From: Pyrobaculum aerophilum str. IM2
GTDB lineage: Archaea > Thermoproteota > Thermoprotei > Thermoproteales > Thermoproteaceae
Reading direction: 5' to 3'
Length of the DNA stretch: 32,000 nt
Assembly: GCF_000007225.1 (NCBI RefSeq)
Contig: NC_003364.1
Span: 810,001 to 842,000 of the forward strand
Every line of letters begins with the position of its first letter. The first letter of the stretch is position 1. This document shows positions 26,731 through 32,000 of this stretch, in pieces. Below the pieces are notes generated by a model. That model was not told the origin of the DNA. It was given only the letters and a program-made list of their open reading frames with translations, and ran no database searches. A program made the translations under genes and the position numbers.

Positions 26731-27567
26731 ATGGAGCGTCGGAGGCTCATAAGAATCCGCGGCTCGTATCTCGTGTATCTCCCCAAAAAAGTGGCCGCCT
26801 TGTACGAAACTCACGATGTTATTGTATACTGGGAGGGGCGCTTCGTCGGCGTCACGCCGCCCGCCAGGAGGAGATATGCGTGTAATATATCAGCGCCTCA
26901 AATAGTCGTGGCCGGCTACGCCGCGGGATTAGACGAGCTGTACATTCCTAAAAACGGCGGCGCGGCCAAGGGGCTTGAGAAGGTATACGCTGAGTGGACA
27001 GAGGAGGGAGGGCTGTTAAAAATTCGATATATTGACAAATACGCCGATAAGTCTGAAGTGGTGGAGAGGATGTTGAAAATAGCCCTCTACCTGCTAGAGG
27101 GCTTGGAGAAGGGGACGGCCACTAAAAAGACCGTGGAAGCAGCCGACAACGAGACCGATTTGCTGAGGCTGACAGTGAATAGGCTGTGCGCCAGACAGCC
27201 CACCCCTAAATGCGCCTTTTATATCCAATTGGCCAGGTACTACGAGAGGGCTGTGGATCACATCAGAGAGCTGTACGCAGAGTCGCACACCCCCGAGCTT
27301 TGGAGGCTGTTGTACAACACCGCGCGGGAGCTCGCGGAGATTCACAACAGACGCAACGTAGAGGACATAGTCAAGTTTCTTTCCACAATCCCCTCGAGGC
27401 GCTTTGCAGTAATGCAGACGGCCCGGAGCGAGTTGGCGATGCTACACGCCGTCAGAGTAGTTGACTATTTTGAAAACGCCGCCGAGGTCTACTTAGACTT
27501 AACGCTTTACGACAACGCGGAAATAACAGCCGAAGAGGCGGCTAGGCACAGCGCCGAAATGCGCTGA
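26731..27567 (+). CDS. AbrB/SpoVT-domain plus PhoU-like-domain protein (putative phosphate-responsive regulator)
   Basis: The N-terminal RRLIRIRGSYLVYLPKKVA is a swapped-hairpin AbrB-type pattern. The C-terminal helical repeats carry PhoU-like motifs (DNETDLLRLTVNRL, ARYYERAVDHIREL, VRVVDYFENAAEVYLD). ATG 26731 is preferred over TTG 26725 from TATA spacing. It is divergent from pstS. Confidence 0.55.
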   Translation: MERRRLIRIRGSYLVYLPKKVAALYETHDVIVYWEGRFVGVTPPARRRYACNISAPQIVVAGYAAGLDELYIPKNGGAAKGLEKVYAEWTEEGGLLKIRYIDKYADKSEVVERMLKIALYLLEGLEKGTATKKTVEAADNETDLLRLTVNRLCARQPTPKCAFYIQLARYYERAVDHIRELYAESHTPELWRLLYNTARELAEIHNRRNVEDIVKFLSTIPSRRFAVMQTARSELAMLHAVRVVDYFENAAEVYLDLTLYDNAEITAEEAARHSAEMR

Positions 27568-27669
27568 GGCGGCCGTACAAACCAGAAGGCAGAGGTTTAC
27601 CGTCTCTCTTGCCGTCAAATAAGACAATAGATAGGGCAGAGCTGAAGGGCGAGATAACCGGCAGACTAG

Positions 27670-27785
27670 TCGGGCCGCCGGGATTCGAACCCGGGACCGC
27701 CCGTTACAGGCCCTGGGGGTTTAGGGGAATGTCCCCCAGGGGGCTGTCTACAGCCGGGCGCTCTCGACCGCTGAGCTACGGCCCG
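27670..27785 (-). tRNA. tRNA-Tyr (anticodon GTA) with a 42-nt intron in the anticodon loop; no encoded CCA
   Basis: Manual cloverleaf. Acceptor CGGGCCG/CGGCCCG with the archaeal Tyr identity pair C1:G72 and A73. D arm GCTC-AGCGGTCGA-GAGC. Anticodon stem CCCGG with loop CTGTAG(A). T arm CCGGG-TTCGAAT-CCCGG. The inferred intron at 27706-27747 follows position 37 and folds into a 4+9 bp helix. Confidence 0.85.
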
Positions 27786-27806
27786 CTGTTTCCATAATGT
27801 TATAAG

Positions 27807-27815
27807 CTATTTAAA
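27807..27815 (-). promoter_or_regulatory. TATA box (TTTAAATAG on the minus strand) for tRNA-Tyr
   Basis: Located 22-30 nt upstream of the mature tRNA 5' end at 27785. Confidence 0.5.
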
Positions 27816-27935
27816 CTTTTCTCCTCTGAATTCGGCGCGAGGCCTAAAAGGGCGTAATTGAGGCGACAGCAACGCCAAACCGACAAGCGCCTTCCCAACT
27901 AATTTACGTTTAATAAGCCACAACACTATTGCCCC

Positions 27936-28265
27936 GTGGACTGTTTAAAGGAGGCCGTGGAGAAATTTAAACTAGTGTTCGGGAGGGAGGCGCTGGTTGA
28001 AATTCTGGAATACAGCCAGGACAAAATCGTCGCCTGGTTCGGCGGCAATATGTGCTACACTTGCGGCGCAGTGGACTATTTTGACGACTTCGCCTCCATG
28101 TACTCCGACTGCGCCGGAGAGGAGTGGGGAGTAGAGTCGTACGAACAAAACCCAGACGGCACTTACGCCGTTGTTCTAAGGCCTAAAAAATTGCTACGCA
28201 ACAAGAGGAGGCACGTTAAAATAATAATTAACGGCGAGGAGCTCAGTTACTTTGTTGAGGGCTGA
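27936..28265 (+). CDS. Hypothetical small cytoplasmic protein with a GGxxCxxC motif
   Basis: 109 aa with a GTG start. TATA-like TTTAATAAG about 25 nt upstream. ALVEILEYSQDKIVAWFGGNMCYTCG is loosely reminiscent of the NifU C-terminal (Nfu) pattern, followed by a basic C-terminal third. No confident family assignment. Confidence 0.4.
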   Translation: MDCLKEAVEKFKLVFGREALVEILEYSQDKIVAWFGGNMCYTCGAVDYFDDFASMYSDCAGEEWGVESYEQNPDGTYAVVLRPKKLLRNKRRHVKIIINGEELSYFVEG

Positions 28266-28425
28266 ATTTCGACAACATCTGGCGAGTCCCTCCAGGTGAT
28301 CTACAGAGCACGATCCCCGGCTTTGCGATCCCCAAGAGAGATGCCGTACTCCCACGCCAGGGTTCGCGGCATGCCAGGAGGAGTATAAAAACTTTAAAAC
28401 AACACAGCGAGTTAAGTAGTGATTT

Positions 28426-28998
28426 ATGCCACACCCGTTGTACGCCGCTATTGAACAGCTAAAAGAGGACTTCCCCGGCAAGTCTTACTCGTGGATTAAA
28501 CGGGCTTTGCTGAGGCTCGGCGACGTGAAGGAAATTCGCGACGACCTCTACCTCGTTGAGGGAAGGAGGGAGCTGGGCGACTGGAAGCCGTTGTATCAAG
28601 TGTGGTTCTCCCAGAGGGAGGGGAGGTGGTACTGCACTTGCTATTTCTCAACGTTCGGAATGCGCCGCAGGCGGGATATATGCACTCACGTGGCGGCGGT
28701 AATGCTCTTCCGCAGATACAAGAGGGCGCTTGAAAAGTTACAGCGCAGGCGCGTCTACGTGGCGGAGGCCGAGGTGGAGTGCAGAGGGCGGCTGACGGCA
28801 AACGGAGAGCTGTACGTAAAGCCGATAGGGAGGAGAGACCTCGCATTTTTCGCCAATCCCCGCTACCGCGTGTTTGTAATATCAGACGTAAGGCGCATTG
28901 TCATTAAATGCGGCAGTTATGACGTGGTAGAGGCAGAGGGCGAGGAGGTGCCGCTGGCGACGGCTAAGTTCCTCGCCGAGAGGTTTTATGAGAGTTAA
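28426..28998 (+). CDS. SWIM zinc-finger domain protein
   Basis: 190 aa. The CxCx13CxH SWIM signature is seen in WYCTCYFSTFGMRRRRDICTHVAAV. TATA-like CTTTAAAAC about 28 nt upstream of the ATG. Confidence 0.6.
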   Translation: MPHPLYAAIEQLKEDFPGKSYSWIKRALLRLGDVKEIRDDLYLVEGRRELGDWKPLYQVWFSQREGRWYCTCYFSTFGMRRRRDICTHVAAVMLFRRYKRALEKLQRRRVYVAEAEVECRGRLTANGELYVKPIGRRDLAFFANPRYRVFVISDVRRIVIKCGSYDVVEAEGEEVPLATAKFLAERFYES

Positions 28999-29398
28999 GA
29001 CGAGGAAGGGCGTCTTCGAGCTGGCGGCAGACACATGGGCGAATTATCGCAGACTTTATGTAGACGTCTTCTCGGTGGCGGCCTCGCTCTCCTACCCCGA
29101 GGAGCTCTTTAAATCGGCGGCTGAAGCCGGGATAAACGCCGTGTTTGTAATCGACGCCTGGCACGAGTCGCACATGCCGCTGGCCAGGCGGTATTTAGAG
29201 CTGTGTAGGCGCTACGGGCTGGAGTGCAGATTGTCAGAACAAAAGCCCGCCGAGATTTACGCCGTTGAGCTGTGCGAGGCCGAATGCAACGGCGAGTGCG
29301 CCGTCGTCACTAGGGATTACGACGCGGTATTACACGCCAGCAAATGCGCCGTGTTGATGCCTCGGGGCGGCAGGTTTTGGCGCGTGTTTAAGAGGTGA
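28988..29398 (+). CDS. Hypothetical protein, possible YaiI/DUF188-like PIN-fold domain
   Basis: 136 aa. The ATG overlaps the SWIM gene by 11 nt. The C-terminal CAVVTRDYDAVLHASKCAVLMPRGGRFW resembles the (I/V)VTxDxxLA...PRGxx(Y/F) end of the YaiI family. This is a weak, by-eye assignment. Confidence 0.35.
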   Translation: MRVKTRKGVFELAADTWANYRRLYVDVFSVAASLSYPEELFKSAAEAGINAVFVIDAWHESHMPLARRYLELCRRYGLECRLSEQKPAEIYAVELCEAECNGECAVVTRDYDAVLHASKCAVLMPRGGRFWRVFKR

Positions 29399-29518
29399 GT
29401 TGCTTAGACGCCGCGTTAGTAGAGTCCATAAGGCGCCTTTTTGAAAATTATACAGAAGCGCGGCGGAGTTTCTGTAAGTTTTACAGCGAAAAAAAAATAC
29501 TGGGAGTTTCTTCTCTAT

Positions 29519-30619
29519 ATGCGGGGCGTAAGAGTTATATACAAAATGGCGTTGTTGGCCGTGGTGTTGCTGGCCAACGCCGCCTATGCCGGCGACGAGG
29601 CTTTTATAGTGAACTCGCTGTTAGGGGCGTTTTCGCTTGTAGACGTGCCCGACGCTCTTCTGCCCCGCTACGAGCTATTCCACACTGCCTACGTGACGCA
29701 GAGCGGAATAACCATAGCCGACTCGCCCCTAATACCCGGCGGAAACGTCACGGAGCTGGCCCAGCTGGCCAAGGCCTTATTCCACGACCTTAAACAGCAG
29801 TACGGCGCTGGGCAGTTGCAAATAGTTGTAAACGAGACTGGGATATACGCGTACCAAAACGGCACTTTGGCATACGCCATGAGTGCGTCAGTGCCTCAAG
29901 ACGCGGCTGGCTGGCTGGCAGTGGAGTTCGGCAATTGGACTTCAAAACAGCTGAGCTCAAACGCCTGGCTTAACTACACACGGGTTAAAACTGACGCCGG
30001 GGAGTGGCTACTCCTCCATTACGCGGAGTATATAAACGAGACCCACCGTCTCTTTGTAACCACTCTGGCCGAGATAGAGGGCGGCGGCTACGGCCGGGCC
30101 TTCACCTGGGCTAACTACTGGTTTAAGAACAAGACTGTCTACTTCGGCGACTGGATTGTGGTAGAGCAAAACGTCACGCTGTCACAGTACTACGCCTTGC
30201 TATCCACGGCAGTAGACAGACTGGCCAAGAAGTGGCAGGCCTCAGACAAGCAGTACAAGCCCCAGGCATATCCGCAAATATCCCAAGCCCTGATGCAGAT
30301 CTCAAGGGCAGTGGCAGGCACGGACATAGACGCCGTGATGAAAAAGGGATACGCGTTAGTAACTGACATACCTCCCATTGTCTCTGCGATATTAGGTGCT
30401 GCGTCGGGTATTTGGTTTGCTTATCGAACTTACCAAGTTACTGGTGATATACGTAGGGCGGCTCTTTGCGGCGCATTTTACGGATTCACTGGAGCTTTCT
30501 TTGGCTATTACGCACCTTTTGCCTGGAGTTGGAGTTTCTGGGCAGGCGTAAGGTGGTTCGGCTACGGAGCTATCATCAGAGCTACGGCATCTCTCAGCGG
30601 ATATTGCCGTGTTTGGTGA
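29519..30619 (+). CDS. Secreted, predicted N-glycosylated protein with a C-terminal membrane anchor region
   Basis: ATG 29519 gives MRGVRVIYKMALLAVVLLANAAYA|GDE, a Sec-type signal peptide (ATG 29546 is an alternative). There are 8 N-x-S/T sequons (NVT, NET, NGT, NWT, NYT, NET, NKT, NVT). The last ~90 aa are hydrophobic and aromatic-rich (2-3 TM). An A-rich box sits about 25 nt upstream. Confidence 0.55.
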   Translation: MRGVRVIYKMALLAVVLLANAAYAGDEAFIVNSLLGAFSLVDVPDALLPRYELFHTAYVTQSGITIADSPLIPGGNVTELAQLAKALFHDLKQQYGAGQLQIVVNETGIYAYQNGTLAYAMSASVPQDAAGWLAVEFGNWTSKQLSSNAWLNYTRVKTDAGEWLLLHYAEYINETHRLFVTTLAEIEGGGYGRAFTWANYWFKNKTVYFGDWIVVEQNVTLSQYYALLSTAVDRLAKKWQASDKQYKPQAYPQISQALMQISRAVAGTDIDAVMKKGYALVTDIPPIVSAILGAASGIWFAYRTYQVTGDIRRAALCGAFYGFTGAFFGYYAPFAWSWSFWAGVRWFGYGAIIRATASLSGYCRVW

Positions 30620-31052
30620 GAAATACTTTGTTTTTTTCCCTGTCTTTCTCTCGGCCTTGGCCCTAATTATCTTGACGTATTATGCGTTGAACAGCGCCGC
30701 GTCTAGCGACTGGGGGGTCTTTGAGTATTTAAAAAACGTCGCTGTTTCCCTCTCCATTGCGGCTTCTATTGCATCAGTCTTCCCGCCTGAGAGGCGTGAG
30801 GAAATCGCGGTGCTAATGGGAGAGTTAGGCTCTGTGCTTGCCTTTCTTGCCGTTGCCGCCCCCAGTAAAATCTGGCTCTACGCCGCCCTATCTCTATCTC
30901 CCCTGGCGATTTTCGGCTTAGTAAAAGGCGATAAAGAGGCTTCAATTGCGGCCGTGGTTCTCCTAACGGCGTATTTACTCCCGCCGTGGGCCTACGCGAT
31001 ATTTTTAGCGTTTTTCCTCGCCCCCATTTTCAAGTGGCGCGTTAAGACATGA
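30609..31052 (+). CDS. Hypothetical membrane protein (4 TM)
   Basis: 147 aa. The GTG start overlaps the upstream stop by 11 nt. Hydrophobic throughout, with no recognisable motif. Confidence 0.45.
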   Translation: MFGEKYFVFFPVFLSALALIILTYYALNSAASSDWGVFEYLKNVAVSLSIAASIASVFPPERREEIAVLMGELGSVLAFLAVAAPSKIWLYAALSLSPLAIFGLVKGDKEASIAAVVLLTAYLLPPWAYAIFLAFFLAPIFKWRVKT

Positions 31053-31765
31053 ATAACTGCATCCAGAGGGCGCCCCAACGGCGCCTAGATTATAGAGATT
31101 TCATCGCAATTCTAGCCATTTACCTGCTCTTCTCAATCTGGCTCTCACAACTAATACCCGAGGAGGCGCGCCTCGCCTACGCGGCCTTCACATCCTCTTA
31201 TTTCGTCGCGGCGTTTTTAACGGCCACGCCCTATTACAAATTCGCCGCCGCTGATCCCGCTATTTATTTCGCTACAATTCTCTACTTCCGCCTGGCCGCT
31301 GAGCCAGATCCGCTGTCCCGCGCGATTTCTCTCTTCTTTTCCGGCCTTATGTTGTTTTTTCCCTACGCCTGGGCGTGTTACTTCGCCGGCCTTCGGCCGG
31401 GCCTGCGCGGCTTGTTGCGATTCTGGGCCGTGGCAGGATCTGCGGCGTTTTTCCACGGGTTGCTGGCCGGGCCCGGGCCCTCCCTCGCCCTAAATATATT
31501 ACTAGCCGCGTTGTTCCACGCCTATCTCACAACGCAAAAGGCGTATTTACTCCCTTGGATATCCGCCGGCTTAGCCGCGGCGGCGCGCGGCGGAGATTTA
31601 GCCGAAATCGCCGCTACTGCGTTGCCGTATTTAACCACAGCAACATATATCTCCGCGCAGAGCGGGCTACTAGCCAGCAAGGCTCCTTTAGGCAAAAAGA
31701 GCATAGTGATAGCAAATTTGGGCGCATCACAGCGGAGGCAACCTATGGGCGCAGCGACCGAGTAG
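31049..31765 (+). CDS. Hypothetical polytopic membrane protein (5-6 TM)
   Basis: 238 aa. ATGA overlap with the upstream gene. Ala/Leu/Phe-rich TM segments with no recognisable motif. Confidence 0.5.
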   Translation: MNNCIQRAPQRRLDYRDFIAILAIYLLFSIWLSQLIPEEARLAYAAFTSSYFVAAFLTATPYYKFAAADPAIYFATILYFRLAAEPDPLSRAISLFFSGLMLFFPYAWACYFAGLRPGLRGLLRFWAVAGSAAFFHGLLAGPGPSLALNILLAALFHAYLTTQKAYLLPWISAGLAAAARGGDLAEIAATALPYLTTATYISAQSGLLASKAPLGKKSIVIANLGASQRRQPMGAATE

Positions 31766-31858
31766 GGATCACGGCGGCTACCAGGTGCTATGCGGAGTAC
31801 GGCCAATTACCCCTCTGACAATGCCTCTTTTACTAGCTGTATGGGCCGTTGTGCGGTT

Positions 31859-31889
31859 CCCGGCGCCCTTGGGGCCTTTGGGCGCCGGG
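31859..31889. other. GC-rich hairpin CCCGGCGCCC-N11-GGGCGCCGGG in a non-coding region
   Basis: Perfect 10-bp inverted repeat with an 11-nt loop, read directly from the sequence. It lies in the ~235-nt stretch after the last convincing CDS. Strand and function are unknown. Confidence 0.35.
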
Positions 31890-32000
31890 GCGTTCTCTCA
31901 GAGCATAGCCGGGCGGCGAAGTTTTTATAACGACAATTCTTATAATCGTGGAGCGGGTTCTGAGTAACCGTATCTACTCCCGCCCTTGTGAAGAGACGGT

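Noticed and set aside
27609-27797. 62-aa plus-strand ORF.
   Set aside because: It runs antisense across the whole tRNA-Tyr gene. Its openness is a by-product of the GC-rich tRNA sequence.
29441-29518. Longer TTG-initiated form (392 aa) of the secreted glycoprotein.
   Set aside because: It would bury the obvious signal peptide about 27-36 residues inside the protein. ATG 29519 or 29546 gives a canonical n-h-c signal, and an A-rich box lies about 25 nt upstream of 29519.
29395-29793. 132-aa ORF starting with a GTGA overlap on the PIN-like gene stop.
   Set aside because: Beyond about residue 50 it becomes Arg-rich nonsense-like sequence. It also overlaps the signal-peptide-bearing glycoprotein gene in another frame for about 275 nt. 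A short real peptide at its 5' end cannot be excluded, but nothing supports it.
27670-31765. The idea that the uncharacterised six-gene block is an integrated virus or plasmid using tRNA-Tyr as its att site.
   Set aside because: No integrase, capsid or replication-type gene was recognised. No duplicated copy of any tRNA segment was seen elsewhere in the window. The block also lies on the 5' (promoter) side of the tRNA, whereas tRNA-targeting elements normally insert at the 3' half. GC content looks similar to the flanks. The idea is not excluded, because the window ends at 32000.
31787-31909. 7-bp complementarity GCTATGC / GCATAGC enclosing the GC hairpin, suggesting a closed ~120-nt structured RNA.
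   Set aside because: One or two such 7-mers are expected by chance in a 235-nt region. The stem cannot be extended, and adjacent sequences do not match C/D (RUGAUGA/CUGA) or H/ACA box arrangements.
27599-32000. Inverted match ACCGTCTCT (27599-27607) with AGAGACGGT (31992-32000), bracketing the tRNA and the unknown cluster.
   Set aside because: Only 9 nt match before the sequences diverge. That is expected by chance over this distance, and the right copy is cut by the window edge.
1-32000. Search by eye for CRISPR repeats, rRNA, additional tRNAs, C/D-box sRNAs (TGATGA...CTGA on either strand in intergenic DNA), transposases and IS ends.
   Set aside because: No regularly spaced repeats were found. 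All TGATGA/TCATCA occurrences I found lie inside strong coding regions without partner boxes. A computational scan (Infernal, snoscan, CRISPR finders) would be needed to exclude small RNAs overlapping genes.

Overview
This 32 kb window looks like chromosomal DNA from a hyperthermophilic crenarchaeon of the Pyrobaculum/Thermoproteus type. That assignment is inferred from five things: a PaREP1-family gene, an intron-containing tRNA-Tyr with a C1:G72 pair, membrane-anchored solute-binding proteins, TTTAAA-type TATA boxes about 25 nt upstream of start codons (leaderless style), and many 1-13 nt gene overlaps. Coding density is about 90% and most of the window is housekeeping or metabolic. In order: (1) the 3' part of an ABC transporter, a His-rich small membrane protein and a wHTH protein (1-2236). 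(2) A frameshifted EamA transporter gene, an MqnA/MqnD-like protein, tmcA, a second EamA gene and aIF2-beta (2240-7667). (3) A fatty-acid/acyl-CoA cluster split over a divergent promoter: DUF35, SCP-x thiolase and acyl-CoA dehydrogenase on one side, acyl-CoA synthetase, aldo-keto reductase and a fused 3-hydroxyacyl-CoA dehydrogenase/enoyl-CoA hydratase on the other (7701-15563). (4) An M42 aminopeptidase, a stand-alone PhoU and a PaREP1 (HEPN-like) gene. (5) A five-gene Liv-type ABC operon. (6) pstSCAB, with a divergent AbrB-PhoU-type regulator and a perfect 7-2-7 palindrome in the shared control region. (7) tRNA-Tyr(GTA) with a 42-nt intron. (8) Two uncharacterised operon-like modules. One is cytoplasmic: a CxxC protein, a SWIM zinc-finger protein and a YaiI/PIN-like protein. 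The other is an envelope module: a secreted protein with 8 N-glycosylation sequons and two polytopic membrane proteins. The window ends in about 235 nt of apparently non-coding sequence containing a 10-bp GC hairpin. I found no CRISPR array, rRNA, transposase or integrase. The best candidate for something undescribed is the six-gene block at 27.9-31.8 kb. Its function cannot be assigned from sequence alone, and all homology statements here rest on motif recognition by eye, not on database searches.
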